A stretch of 63,389 nucleotides of DNA, the filler included, from Choristocarpus tenellus KU-1152 (lineage: Eukaryota; Protista; Phaeophyceae): assembly GCA_964200185.2 (NCBI GenBank). It is 10 parts of 10 records of this genome, joined end to end, with 100 filler letters (N's around TTAATTAATTAA, not from the genome) between each part and the next. Parts side by side here need not be neighbours in the genome. Positions count along the whole stretch, not along the records: positions 37,448 to 40,933 come from CAXNAD020019698.1; positions 41,034 to 44,692 come from CAXNAD020018674.1; positions 44,793 to 54,269 come from CAXNAD020003648.1; 7 more parts are not named here. The stretch is one strand, 5' to 3'. Shown in pieces: positions 39,476 through 53,633 of the stretch. Each line of letters opens with the position of its first letter. Position 1 is the first letter of the stretch. The translations under genes were made by a program, and so were the position numbers. The notes beneath the pieces are model-generated. The model worked only from the letters and a program-made list of their open reading frames with translations, did no database searches and was not told where the DNA came from.

Positions 39476-40908
39476 TGTGCAAAATAGGACAATAGTGAGG
39501 TGTACCTTTTTTGTGTATGAGAGTTTATCATTTTGATTGAGTCCATATGATGTAACTAATGAGATAGTACATCCAGATTATGAATAGGATTATGTATGCG
39601 TTTTTTATTCTGCATTCAATTACGTTGACATAACCGTTCACTTAGGAAGGAAGCACAAAAAAATAATAAAACAAGCAATAATAAGACAAGCCACAAAGGT
39701 CACTCTTCTAATTTCATCCATCCATTCTTTTCACGTTCAGCAAAGGGGATCGTGTGAGGCTCCGCACCTTCTTGTCTTCACTACTGATAAATAGCAATAC
39801 CTTCCAAGGTAAGTTGCACAGGTTATGAGCCTCAGCAGTATGGAGACCAACCTTAAGAAACTTGCTGTCTGGACGGGGGCCACAGGAAGGTCATTGCAGA
39901 CCTGGTCCAGAGTCAAAGCATCTTAGAGGGTAGAGCCGTGTCCGTTTGGAGACCAAAGTACAATGTTCCGATTTTGACGTAATTTTAGCTATTCTGTTTG
40001 TTAGGAAGTGTCAACATCCTCGTTCAGGATATACCTTTTCATAATGTATACGTTGTACCTACTCCAAAACCTTTCGGTTTAGAAAAATGTCATTAATAAC
40101 TCGTGGGAAGCCAAGCCCCAAATGGAAAAACAAAGCAAAACTCGTACCCTCCAAGATACTTCACTCTCCACTTGGAGACTGTCATTGATAAGCCACGCTG
40201 GTGGAAAGGGTTATTACGAGATTACAACAAGTGACAACGAGATTCCTGAAACACCCACCACCATCGGGAGAGGCAGTGGGAACGGCACATGCCACGCATA
40301 TCAAGAACAACAAGGCGTTATGGTTCCTGCTTATTCAAGCAACAAAGGGATCGGCATCAGCAATTGTTGCGAGATACGAAAACGGGGGTCAATCATATGG
40401 CAAAGGGGCCTGGATAGAACTAGAAAGAGTCTACAGTGGACGCGGGGAGGGCGACATCCCAGTGCAGGTCATCACTTTGCAGGCGAGACTCCGAGAACTA
40501 TGGTGTGCAGTGTCTCAGGACAGCACTGATTTTGTCGTTAAACTAGAGCAACTATTTGCGGAATTCGAGGAACTCAAGGAGCCTAAATCCGAAAACATGA
40601 AACGGCATCTATACTGCTTGGGATCAAGGAAGCCATGCCTCATGTATTCACACAATTAATAACGTGCCCTGACATCAGCTATGAGGAACTCAAACGGGTA
40701 ATCATCTCTTCGACAAATTACCTCCACTCAGGGCAAGATGGGCATGATGGGGTATTGGCAATGCATGGCAATGTAAGGGACGGTCATGCTCGGAAGACCA
40801 AATGATCAGCTGGAAGCGGCCCCAAACCGAATCAATGTGCATACTGCTTGAAGATGAATTATCAATGGCAGAAGTGTTACTCATATTTGAATGGAAAGCC
40901 ACCTGCAA
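39476..40908 (+). mobile_element. Ty1/copia 5' end: LTR 39476-39820, PBS 39821-39835, gag from 39840 (interrupted by MITE-A)
   Basis: LTR bounded by the perfect inverted termini TGTGCAA...TTGCACA, immediately followed by GGTTATGAGCC. Gag/UBN2-like KALWFLLIQATKGSASAIV...GKGAWIELERVY. Confidence 0.8.
39910..40166 (+). mobile_element. MITE family A inserted in copia gag
   Basis: Flanked by TCCA/TCCA; removal restores the gag frame (LQTWSTWRLSLISHAGGKGYYEI). Confidence 0.92.
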
Positions 40909-41639
40909 GGGTAAAAGTATCTGGGGGGGGGAGNNNNNNNNNNNNNNNNNNNNNNNNNNNNNNNNNNNNNNNNNNNNTTAATTAATTAANNNNNNNNNNN
41001 NNNNNNNNNNNNNNNNNNNNNNNNNNNNNNNNNATGTTTTTTTTTGTATTGACACACATACAATACAAAAAAGAACATATTAACACTTTATCCCAGTCAA
41101 TTTTGGGTCAAGCCCATCCTCAATGAAAAGCTCCATCCTCAATTTTTGAAATCGGCTGTTCAAGGGAAAACTCACTACCTACAATGGGGTACTTGAGTTA
41201 ACTTACAACTATATGCTTCGCTTGAGTGAAGCCCTTCCATTAATCGTGGTCTCTCAGTTCAGTCCTTTCAGTGTTTGTTATTTGGATGGGTTAGAAACAA
41301 AATACACACTACTGACCGTGATAATGATGGGGTCAAATACAATTGCGGATTTCCAGCATATATGATACAACGTGCACGATTTTGGCATCTATAAATACAT
41401 GGGAGTATCATGTATACACTTTTGTTTGGTTCTGCGAGAACTGATGCAGTGCATGTGCTGTAACAGAAGATGGGAGGAAGGCTTTGCGTTCATTATCGAT
41501 AACTGAAATGTAACTGAAATGTAACTGAAATGTCATTGGCCACCTCCAACACCTTGTGCCCTACGCAAGAAGTACTGGAAGAAGATCTAACTCTCGGTGA
41601 AGAAAAAACAGCAACCAACACCCACCACCAAAGAGAATT

Positions 41640-42250
41640 GCTACCAAATCAAAACAATCACTACTCGACTGGAAACTCAACCCTAACCCCATGATGTAGA
41701 CACGACTCACAAGTTCTCTCAACAAATACACGCCTCTCAAGAAAATTCAAACCCCTCCAACCGTGTGCTTGTTTCTGGACCACAAGGCAGACTAATGACC
41801 TGCACCACTTCTGCACATACATCATTTGTTTGTTGTCCCATCCACCTCTCCACTTTCTCAACACCCCTTTCTTATTACTCCATTTAGTCAAATTCAAGGC
41901 GATAGTTAAGCCGGGTGGACTAAACGCCTCTCTGTTAAAATGTAGAGGAGGTGATTGTAATCACTTTCCAGATGAAATCCTCATCAACACCTTCCACCAC
42001 ATGATCCCTTCCTCCGTAGTGTCTCTTGATAAGTTTGTTGCACCCAACATGTCAAAGTAGCACTGCTGGTGTTCTCACCCTCAATCCTCTAGAATCAACA
42101 CCCTACACATGGTAGACTGATGAAAATAAGCTAATCTGATCCCAAAGCCTTTCCCGTGCCTCCCATCTCCAAACAAGCCCCTTTCCTGCTTGTACAACCA
42201 TCTACCACAAAATGAAGTACAGCCGGGCCGGGCCGCCCACTGATCACAAT
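41640..42250 (-). pseudogene. Decayed copia-like integrase C-terminal remnant
   Basis: Weak resemblance to the W.ea..ta..l.NR and V.F.E motifs; multiple stops. Confidence 0.3.
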
Positions 42251-42304
42251 GCATGGACGACCTAGCTACACAGGTTTAGTGTCTCCCACTAGGGTTAGTT
42301 TTTT

Positions 42305-44566
42305 TTACTTCTTTGAGTACATAACCATGTCTCGCTTGCTGTTTACCAACGATCCATCCTCTCTCCGTGTGCCAACAGCAGCCTGTGCAGCACTATGCCT
42401 TGACAGTTGCTGAGGTATGGTGCCCCCTGTAGATTGTAGATACTCCTGTAACAGAGACGCCAGTCAGAGGCCAAGCAAGGCAAGGGGCAACAACATTAAA
42501 ATAATAAAATAGAAACAAGGATTGTAATCGCTGCAGTATCAGTACAATAAAAGTGATGTACTACTGTTTTGGGGATAATTGGGTAACTGCCACCAGATAC
42601 CCATCCTCAAGCATGCTACTACACACACAAAAAAACATAACCATGGTTAAATGTGTGTATCTATATTTACATTTATATATGCACACAAAAGGGAAAGGAA
42701 GATAACCCACAGATCCAGGGATCACAAAAACATCATTGGGGAGCGAAAAATCGCGCGCAAAACACGAAAATGACGTTTCGGTTCCTGGAAACTAAACCAA
42801 TGGAACCGGTGAGAGCAGGGGTCATGATGGATATATATATGTATAAATGCTATGCTTAGCTTCACAATAAAATCATAAAAAATATCAACAGTGAGAGGGG
42901 AAAGGGACAACACGTGCCATGAAAAGCAACATCTTAAACCAATGGGGAGCATGTATATAGAACATTGAGCCAATTAGAAGCATGCATTCATCTCATATCT
43001 TGGCATCAGTCAAGTCAAATAGATCATTTATGTGTCAAATAATATAATAGCTATTAATAGCTATAGAACAGGCTAATGGAGAGCAACTGTAATTCTCCTC
43101 TTCCGGTAGATTCCGACAACTTAAAAAACCATCCTCCAGCTGGTGACATGTGCATCAATAGTTACAGACCTATAATCAAGACATCCTCATCAATAGTTAC
43201 AGACACCCCATATGTTTCTTTCGATTTGCTGAAAAAAACGGTCTCTGACGATCGTTATTATTATTATTTATTTTTATTATTTAACGTAACTATTTAACAT
43301 AACTATTTAACATTATTATTTAACATTATTATTTAACATTACTATTTATCATTATTATTATTTAACATTACTTTTTAACATTATCATTCAACATCAATAA
43401 ACATTAAACTTGGCCATGCACTACTACAACCAAAACACTACTAAACCTCAACTGTATGCGTTTTTAAATAGTCAGCAACAGATGCGAAAAAAAATAATCA
43501 AAAAAAAATATATATATATATATATAACCCAAGAGTACTCTGTACAAGATTCAGAGGCAAATGATCCGGGTAGGAAATCAGTAAACATGTGACACATCCT
43601 AAATCGTGTCAAACTGACTTCTTTTTTTCTAAATGCTGATTCATTTATTTTATTTTATTTTATTTTCAGATTTCGATTACAAAAACAAAAACATTGAACT
43701 CAATGAGCCCACAAGATGGAGGAGAGCGCCACAAGACACACAAAGCTTGCTACAGAGTCTTCAAGTTAGGGGTTAGGGTTTACTTCAAGGCACGGTACTG
43801 GCCATGCAACGGCATATACCATTGTCGGTATATGCCAAATCAGTTATAGCATTATGCCTTTGGAGATAGGTATCATGATATCAAACTCCTCTGTGCATTA
43901 ACGGCTTCTTAATTCCAGGAAATCAGGATTTTGTTTTAAGAGTAGAGAGTCTCCCACAGTAAATACCCACAGTAAACCATATCCCTTCAATTAATCAAAG
44001 CACTGGTCAGGTTTAGGGTTAGGGTTAGGTTGTGTGTCCGAAATGCTTTGTAAAAAAATAACAAAAAAAATTCAAGTACTTAACTTTTTCTTGGGCTAGG
44101 GTTAGGGTTAGGGTTAGGGCGAGAAAACGAACACATAGTTTTGAAAGCTATGCTAGTATAAATAAATACACTCTGGAGAACGGAGTGGCACACACCATAC
44201 CCTAAAGGTGTAGTGTACAAACTTACTTCAACAAGAGGCACAGATCAGAACAAAATAATTAAATAAATGAAGACGGTTATCCAAACATAACATAAAATAA
44301 AACAAAAAAAATGTTGAACAAAAGAAGTATAATAATAATAATAATAATAATAATTACTATCCAATCACAACCATTCCATCATATAAGAAGGCTCCTTCTG
44401 GTCTCCCTGGTGGTGTACTACTTCTTACCTTGAGCCCATACATGATATCCTCGTCATGCTCAGTGAGGAAAGATGTTGCAATACCTTCCTTACCAGCACG
44501 ACCAGTACGTCCAATCCTGTGACAGTATGTCTCTATCTTATTCGGGAGCTCATAATTGATGACTTC
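42305..44566 (-). CDS. DDX23: DEAD-box RNA helicase Prp28/DDX23, last two exons (44566-44429, 42445-42305)
   Basis: [46 protein letters not shown] | [46 protein letters not shown]. Motif [12 protein letters not shown] plus a Prp28-like tail; canonical splice sites, phase 0. Confidence 0.85.
43255..43405. repeat. AT-rich minisatellite (TAACATTATTATT-like, ~13 bp)
   Basis: Repeated TATTTAACATTA units. Confidence 0.8.
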
Positions 44567-44595
44567 CTGTTGACAGAATCAATCAATACATTTGC

Positions 44596-44692
44596 GGCAG
44601 GGGCAGGGGCAGGGGCAGGGGCAGGGGCAGGGGCAGGGGCAGGGGCAGGGGCAGGGGCAGGGGCAGGGGCAGGGGCAGGGGCAGGGGCAGGG
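44596..44692 (+). repeat. (GGGGCA)n microsatellite, ~16 units, in DDX23 intron
   Basis: Perfect hexamer array running into the gap. Confidence 0.95.
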
Positions 44693-45055
44693 NNNNNNNN
44701 NNNNNNNNNNNNNNNNNNNNNNNNNNNNNNNNNNNNTTAATTAATTAANNNNNNNNNNNNNNNNNNNNNNNNNNNNNNNNNNNNNNNNNNNNCTGTATGG
44801 ATTACTATTTGATGAAATTTCATTCAACATTGTGCGAGGCAGGGATGGGGGGGGGTGTCTATTGTAAGCGTGGCGAACAGGAAAAAGTGTTCTTCTTCAG
44901 AGAGGAGTTTCATTAACCTTTCTTTGTTAACCTCGATAAAAAAAAAAAAATGTCTTTTTTTAATATATTTATGTATGTGAAGTATAAAAGTTAAATGAAG
45001 CCATGACAACTCTGGTTGTTGCCGCTGGGTGTATGTGTGTGTGTTTTCCTTTCAG

Positions 45056-45839
45056 GATGAAATCCATTATTTCTCAATAGTGAACTCCCTGATGATTACC
45101 CTCTTCCTCACCGGAGTTGTGGCCATGATCATGCTCAGGACAGTCAAGAAGGACATCACTAGCTACAACGAGGTCGGTGAAGTAGGCGCTGTCTACTATT
45201 GTATTGTTGACAAAGATTTTATTCATTCTTGACCCTGTATGACAAGCTTTGAACAAAAAAAATGGATACATTTCTGAAATGTTTTGATAATGAGATCTGA
45301 CTAAAAATATATATATATATATATATTATTTATTTTATTTTATTTTATTTGCTCAGTATCTGTTACGAAGATGATTGACTGAATATGTGGAAGTAGCACA
45401 TCGTTTTTTTTTTTAATGTTGAGTCTTCTGCCGGTGTTGTATAAATGTTGTCACGAGGTGTGTTTTTTTTTTGTATCTGTTTCTAGGATATCAACTCTTT
45501 TCTGAAGGAAGCTTATTGAAGAGAATTGGGGGGTTTTGTATTGAAGTATGTATGACGTAGTTGAGGAAGACCACCAAATCACACAAAAATCGCAACATGG
45601 AAAAATGGGCCCCAAATGGACAGCCGCCCCCTCCCCCCCAGATACTTTATTTAATTAAGCCTTGGCAACTGGAAAAGGATGAAATCATATATAATTTTTT
45701 TTAGACCATTTTACAAGATTTTCGATCAAGACGTTTTAAAAAAGGTTTTATATCAATGGTTGCCTATCTTAGAGGTTGTAACCTCCACTCACTGGATCAC
45801 CAAGCCAGGCATTGGACTGATCATTGTTTATTTTTATTG

Positions 45840-45873
<34 letters not shown>

Positions 45874-46681
45874 ATCAACATATCAATATGATTGTTATGT
45901 CATAGGTTTTCTTTCTGCAGGACGGTCACAGTAATCACCTTCCTTCCTTCCTTCCTAGTGTGGGGTACTGACTTGTTTTGATATTGGAGTTATCTATGTA
46001 GTTATTGCTAGCCCCCAATGGTATGATCTTTCCTGGACGAGAGGTTGAATTAAATAATTACCTCTGAAAGCACTTGTAAGGTGTAAGATTTTGTGGGTGG
46101 GTATGGAGAAACAACCCCCCCCCCGTACACTACTTTTTTGTACGCCTGCCAATGGGTGGAAACCCTTTTTTTTGTTCTTTTTGATATAATATTATTGTTT
46201 TGTATGCACTGATGCCAAGTACGTGCGTACGTAATGAGCGAGCGGTGGAAGTCTCTCGCTCACGCATCTGGGTGGATACACTGGTATGCGCTAAGTGCAA
46301 CGGAAGCACTGCACAGTGTATTTTTGTAGTACAAACAAGCAGGCATGAATATCAAGTATCATTGGGTATTGGAGGGTGAAGGAAGGGTGACAAGTGTCAA
46401 TGAAGTGTTTCATTGACGTCCGAGGCAGAGTGGAGGTGGATCTTGATGATGGATCTGGATGTGAATGTTGTAACGAGTAGTAAGAGGGTGCAGTGGTGTT
46501 GAAGAGTGCAAGTACTGTGGTACGGGAACAGCAGGGCTTGGTGATGGAAATGGACATGGACATGGACAGGACCGAAGCGATAGGAAGTGAAAGAAAGAGT
46601 GGGGAAAGGGGGGGGTGGAGTGTGTTTTTTGCTTATTTTTCTAGTGCAGTAGAAAAAGGATATATAACTTCTTCATTTTGG

Positions 46682-46717
<36 letters not shown>

Positions 46718-48287
46718 AGAAGAAACTCCCTTTTCTGTTTTTTTTGTACAGGAGTGGTATCAATAGCAATATTCTTCTGGGTTTAGGGTTGTGTCGCAAT
46801 ATGTGAAGACATCGATTTGAAGGGTGATATGTTTTGTGCTAATTTCCGATTTGATGTGAGGATGAAAGCCTCGATCTATATTTTTATTTTTACTGCGTTG
46901 TTTCCAGTTTAAACAAAATACAAAAGAAAGTAACATTTAAATAATGAAAACTAAAACAGCCAGCTCTTCTTGAAAATGAATGCTCTCTGTACTCCGGATC
47001 TGTATGATGCCTTGAAGAGTAGAAATCAGTGAATTATAGCAATGTTGATTGAAGTAGATAAATGCACCAGAAAATGTAAATACATACGCATGTGGCTTGA
47101 GAAATTTCTTTGTGGGTGGGTGGGTGGGTGATGTTTCTGGTGTTGGACAGATGCAAAGCCTNNNNNNNNNNAAAAAAGAGAAAAAAAAAAAAAAAAAAAA
47201 GAAAGAAAGGGGGGGTGGGGTTTGTTTGTTTGGGGGGGGGGGGGGGGGGGGGTTGATGTTTCTGGTGTTGGACAGATGCAAAGCCTTGAGGATGCTCAGG
47301 AGGAGAGCGGTTGGAAACTTGTTCATGGAGATGTTTTCAGGCCCCCGAGGTTTAGCTTCATGCTGCTCTCGGTATTGTGTGGGACGGGCGTCCAGGTGTT
47401 GGCGATGACCCTGTGTACTATTACCTTCGCCTTCATGGGATTCTTGAGCCCGGCAAACAGGTGTGGTTTGGAATAATGGTACTGCTTGAATGTAATGCTT
47501 GAATGTATTGAATGGATGTTAATCACGTGTTGTGTGGGTTTTTTGGTGTGGTAGTGTGTGTATGTTTGATGTAGTGTTTGTAAGATGGACTTTGATAATG
47601 GTGTTGTGTGTGTGTGTGTGTGTGTGTGCTTGATCTGGTGTTTATTTGATAGTCGTAAGGTGTGGTGTGGAGTAGGTTGTACTTAAAATGACAGGGCATT
47701 TTTTTTTTGTTTAGAAGAATGGCGTGTGTGCTTGACGTGAAATATCTGTATATCTTTTAGACAGGTGTCAATAATAATAATAATAATAATATTGAGGATA
47801 GTGTATTGCATTGTATGCTGTACTTGGGATTGTTACTATTATTATTATTATTGATAACATTGATTTTAACAGTATTATGTTGTTCTTGGTATTTTATTAC
47901 GTACACAATTATTATGGTAGATTGTGACTCAAGAGGTAGAAGTTGAGTTTTTTTGTAGCTGTGTAATGTATTTTTGGTATTTATATGGTCGGTAGTGTAC
48001 AAGATGATTACAATGATATCTTGGAGGACTACCACCGCCCTGCAAGTTATACATATATATTTTGTCATACCATACCACAAGTGGTAGAAGAGTCTGTATT
48101 CAATGCGTTGTACCACACTATGACGTTAAATTTCACAATGAACAAAATTATATTCTTTACTGCCAACTGATTTATTGACTCATAGAATATCCACACAATC
48201 CTGCCAAGTTCATAGAGAACATTTCAAGTGCTTAAGAAAGTTCTTGGTGGGTACTGCCTTAGGTTATATATTGTACCATCAAATATA

Positions 48288-48320
<33 letters not shown>

Positions 48321-51300
48321 GTTATGATAAGATACCCCCGACGATTTGATTGGTAGACTGGTGCAACAGCGTACTGTCGATTCAAAGCGCATGTCTTGAT
48401 ATCAGTCGATTTTGAAGGCAATAGTCTCGTTAGCACTTACTTCCAGAGTGAATCTGGTTTCCCAACTGGGTTGATCAGTATGTCTTTAGCAGTGAGGTGG
48501 GATTAGGATTGGGTTGTGTGGCAATCTGTTTGCGGGTCTCAAAGGGTGGACTTGAGAGTAAGACACCGTTGGAGGAGTGCAGGTGGAGGTGCTGGGTTTA
48601 CCTGGGGCTAGAGGAGGATGTGCCTCTCTTGGAGTACCTGCAAAAAAGAAAATATATATATATATATATATATATTTATTTTTTTTGTGCGTTGGTCTGG
48701 GGGGTATGCAGGGGTACAGGATTTAACTATTTTGAGGAGTGCCTTGTGGTTTGGTTAATTTGTGCGGATGGAGGTTGTTTGTGTTGCCGGTGTTTATATT
48801 TTAGTCAATCGCGCACCGGTCTTGATAGTTAATACACATCTCAGTGCAGCTAGGAAGGATTTAGCATTTGGTCTTAACCTTAACCCTTGGTGTACTTACC
48901 GTAGGGGTTAGGGTGTAATTGAGAGTTAGGGACATGTACAGTATTTTTTTTTTGTAGTTTCAGTTATCGTATAGATGAGATGGAGCAGCTGCAAGTAGAA
49001 GGGCAATGTTTCATCCCAAATGGACCTCCTTCCAGCCCCTTCTTGTTGATGCACTCGGGACCATGTTGGGGAGGGGTTGAAGTCCGAGATGGTATGCCTT
49101 GCCGGCCACTGGGCTGAGGAGGAGGAGTACTATTGTTAAACTTAACGCCCTTCTCTTCTGAAAAGGTGTTATAGGGTTAGGGTTAGGGTTAGGGTTAGGT
49201 TTGCCATCTGGGACTCGAAGCCCTCAATGACTTGAGTCTAAGTTAGTTGTCAAGGGGGAAAGGGGAGAGAGGAGATGGAGGAGGACAGGAGTAAGCAATA
49301 GGCATTGCAGTGGTACCTCCAAGTGATTCAATCGATTGGCAGTACTAGTGCTGTGAGTCATACTCATACAACACAGTGACTGAATTGCTGTGGTTCAATG
49401 GGATTGAAGACAATTGACCTGGAGAATATGATGGGTTGATTTGATTGTTTAATTTATCGTGAACTAGTTTCACTGCTCAATTTATCGTGGATTTAACTTG
49501 GTTAATTTTTCGTAGACTAGTTTGATTGGTCGATTTATCGTGGTTTTAATTTGATTGGTTGATTTGTCGCGAGGTCTGATGAGCTCTCCTCGTGGTGCCA
49601 TTCGATCAATGCTTGGCGCTTGGCGCTCCTTGCCTTGTATATGTTTTGGTTTTTGTCAAGTACACACTATTATTTTGAACATTGCTTTGTTGGTGGCCAA
49701 GCCTTGATGTTCCCATCGATATTTTACATGTCATTTGCTGGGGCTGGTTCTGGTGTATTGGCTTGGAGAGTAGGTAGGAGTGTAGCATGTCGAAGTGTTC
49801 TGTTCTAAAGCGAAATTGTGTGCTCGGAATTTCCACCCAGTCTCTGTAGAGAGTGAGTCGGGGGGGGGGGGGGGGGGGGGGGGCGGGAGGGGAGCGCGGG
49901 GGGAAAGGGGGGGGTGCGTNNNNNNNNNNGTGGGGGGGGGGGTGGGGGGGGCGGGTGCCTGTGGGGGGGGCATGCCCGTGGGTGAAGAGGATTCGGTTGA
50001 TAGTAGTGGATAGATAAACGCAATCAATGTGGAGGAGTTGGAGAAGGCGTCAGGTGTCTGGAGTTGGAGGTAGAAGTACCGTAGTAATAAATCGATAGTG
50101 GTGCTGTTATGTTGGGTTGGGTGGTACAATTTAGCAATGACAGTAATGGATGTTTTTTTTGTTATTTTAGTGCTGTTTGGCTCAAAGTATCTGGGGTGGG
50201 GTGGCGGCTGTCCATTTGGGGTCAATTTTTTTCATGTTGTGAGTTTTGTGTGATTTGATTGGTTGGATACGTCGGATGGGTAGTGTAAGTGCACTTTTCC
50301 TGGTTATATATATAGCAATAATCCCCCCCCCCCCCCCCCCGTCTCTTTGGTCTTTGGGATAATTACCTTCCGCCAAAACACGATCACATCAAATAGATGG
50401 GGTGGGGGATTTATTTGATGTCGTTCTCTGAACCCCGCCTGCTTAATCGATTCTATTGGTGTTGCAAGAGCGATCACTTCCGATTGTGTTTTTTATTGTA
50501 GGGTGTGGTGGTGGGTCTTGTTGGCATGGTGGACATCGACCTTGACTAGTTTAGCTGAAGCTGGGTGGGTAGACCGGGTTAGGTGGAGTTCATCCTGCAA
50601 GCATAACGTGTTCTAAGGTTTTGGTAATATTGGGAAAGGCTTTTTTTTAATGGGCTGCCAACCAATTTGGAGATTTCCAGCTATCTGTTAACTTGGAAGT
50701 TGAGTTTTCAGTCAGATAAAACTACATTGTAGGATGCAAGGGTATCAGTCTTTTGCAATAGCTACAATGCCTTTGTTGTGATCAAATCAGGTTGACAATT
50801 ACCTCCATGAATACAGTATTTAGACACACGTATGTATGAGTGTATACAGGAGTGGCCAAAGATAGTGTTTTTTTTTGTTAATAACGTAGAGAGTCTTAAT
50901 TTCCATCATGTCATTATTTGTCTTCAACATCTCTTATGTATTGGAACCTTCATTTTGAGGGGCTTCTATTGTGTTGGACCTTGAACATGAAGAATTGTGT
51001 GTAATATTACACAGGGGTTGCAAAATGACATAAATCTGTTTTTCTTTAAGATATATAATGTATCTACTTCTACGTTGATGAAACTACATAATTATGTACA
51101 TGCATATGTAACACACACACACATACATGAATACATATAAACATAAATGCATATGAAAACGCAGGGGAGGTATGCTGACAGCGCTTCTGGTCCTGTTTGT
51201 GCTGATGGGGTCATTTGCGGGGTACTGGTCTGCCTGTATGTACAAGTTCTTCAATGGGAAGAAGTGGAAACGTTGTACCATCTTGACAGCTCTACTCTAC

Positions 51301-53633
51301 CCTGGGACAGTATTCATGATATACTGGACTCTGGACTTGATGGTGGGTTTATGTTTGTAGCGTGGATTGAGTGGGATTGAGGAAAATTCCACTTGAGAGT
51401 TTGAAAGGAACTCTCCCTCCCCTCTTGAACTTTCTTGGGGGTGTACGTGTACATTTATTTATTTTTTGTGGGTATGTATGTCTTACAGTTTGCAGAAGAA
51501 GCAAGTTCCCATCAACAAGACTGTATAGAATGCCGTAAATTTATATAAATTTATGTATGTATATATTTTAGTGAAGTTCAAATTAGTTTTTATTTTATTG
51601 AGACTTGAAACTGTCAGAACAGGCGGTACACATACATGTGTACACGTACGAACCTCTCCCTGTTGGGTGCTTTTGACGCTCTGGTGATGGAGGTCGATTC
51701 TTGTTTGATGCAGTGACACCAGTTTTTTTAGAATATATTAATAAGGTGCGCTTGGGATTTATTTATTTTTAATCCTTTTTGTTGCATCCGTGGATATGTA
51801 CGCATTTTGATACTATTTATTTTTCGAGGTCATCGTGCTTCACACAGAGTGAAGAGTTGAGGGGAGGGGAGGGGAGGGGAGTGAGTTGAGACAGTTGTAC
51901 AGGTAAGAAATGATCACCTTTGCCAATCTCTGGATAGAAGGTCGAAATGCACACATAGCAAGTGGTTACGGGGTCTTTCAACTTGGTCAAAGTCTTAGCT
52001 GCATGGTGTATATCCAAATTCACATTTGGTACACAGAACAGCAGATTCGTAAGTACTCCTTCCCCCCTCCACAATCCCCCAGTCTTTTTTCTTATCATGG
52101 GTGTTGGCCAGCACGTCTTATGTCCTTCACGTATGTACATGCACATGGTGTGTGTATGTGTGTGTGTGTGTGTGTCCAAACTGTTGCAAGTGGAATAAAA
52201 ATTAATAATAATAATAATAATAATAATAGTAATGATAATAGTTGTAAAGATTTTCGTATATATAGCTCTGGGTGTATGTATATATATATTGCATGTGTGT
52301 GTATAGGCGTGATTGTTGTGCTGTGGAAGCAACACTTTTAATTGTCATTATTATTATTATTATTATTAGTGTTGAACGGTTTCTGATTCCAACATGCATA
52401 CCCTCCCTCTACTCTGGTGTAGATGTGGTCGTCGAACTCCTCAACAGCAATCAACCTTCAGACGTTCCTGTCCCTCCTGGCACTCTTATTCTTTGTGAGT
52501 GTCCCACTGGTCTTTCTCGGGAGCTACTTCGGCTTTAAGGCTCAGACCTACTCCATTCCTGTCAGGGTCAACCAGATCGCTCGGTATGTATATATATAAA
52601 TATATAAATGTATTGTGTGTGTATGTACTTCTTAATTTTTATATATTTTTAGCAAGCAATGGAAGTTGTGTGGTGCTGTTGTGGAGGGTTAGGGTTAGGG
52701 TTAGGGTTAGTGGAGAGGTGTTGATGTGTACCGTTGGCATGTTGTTGAGGTCACCTCATGACAACAGCTATTGGGAGTGTTGATGTGTTTGTTTTTATGA
52801 TGGACGACTGATTATCCTTGGTATTTGGTTTGATCTGGAGAGATTAGAGGTGTCGGTATACATCAACATCACAATAGTATCATCCACACCCCTTCACCCC
52901 TCCTCCCCCAAGAGTCTATAATTCAGACCTTGGTATGGGAGGGGGAAGTGCTTTCAACTCTGAAGTGCATAATTATGTACATTTCCTCAAGGTTGCATCT
53001 TTTTTACAATGCATTAGGTCGATTGCTATTTTTTAAATATTTTTTGTGTTTGTTTTTTAATTTTAATTTGAAAAAAATGCGAGTGGAAACTCGTTATTGT
53101 TCTGGATTGGACAGCCAAAGGGGGATGGGGATGGATAACTCGAAGTCGAAACAGCTTTTTTCTTTTTTTACCGAAGATCCGTCGGAGAGAGAGAGAGAGA
53201 GAGAGGTGCAATGAGGTTTGCCATAGATTGGAGCAATAATAATAATATGTGTAATAATAATAATCTATGAGTAGTTTTGTGAATAGTCTTCAAGCGTGTG
53301 CGTTGCGTAAAGGTTACAAAGCAATTCTCATTCTCTCCTCTTCTTTTTTTTAAAGCAAAGGATGAAAGATGGAGTGCTTGCTGCTTGTGCATCCAGACAC
53401 ACACACACACACACACACAAACACAAACATGGACATGGTGTGTTTTTTCAGTCGTACTGATGATGAGCTTTTACTGTTTGATGGTTCTGTTGCCATCGGG
53501 ATTGAACAGTCATGTTCCCCAGCAGACCTGGTACACACACCCTGCCTTTGCCATTGCTCTGGGAGGAATCCTTCCGTTTGGGGCAGTGTGCATAGAGCTT
53601 TTCTTCATCATGAGTGCCCTTTGGCTGCATCAG
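45056..53633 (+). CDS. TM9SF: Transmembrane 9 superfamily (nonaspanin/EMP70, TM9SF2/4-like), internal exons 45056-45172, 47276-47460, 51165-51342, 52423-52583, 53510-53633
   Basis: IHYFSIVNSLMITLFLTG, EESGWKLVHGDVFRPP, GFLSPANRGG, PVRVNQIARHVP, GGILPFGAVCIELFFI. All joins are GT-AG and frame-consistent. Confidence 0.95.
49435..49575. repeat. Degenerate ~28-bp minisatellite, ~5 units
   Basis: TTGATTG...ATTTATCGTG recurs about every 28 bp. Confidence 0.75.
50179..50353 (+). mobile_element. MITE family B (TM9SF intron)
   Basis: Left TIR intact, right TIR degenerate after poly-C. Confidence 0.8.

Noticed and set aside
44456-44740. ORF with (AG)n dipeptide repeat
   Set aside because: Antisense to a DDX23 exon plus a microsatellite running into Ns.
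47128-47161. Duplicated TM9SF acceptor/exon start as an alternative exon
   Set aside because: Exact copy of ~47254-47286 flanking a 10-N scaffold gap; most likely an overlap artefact.
49435-49575. ~28-bp repeats as a CRISPR array
   Set aside because: Degenerate head-to-tail units with no unique spacers, no cas genes, and located in a eukaryotic intron.
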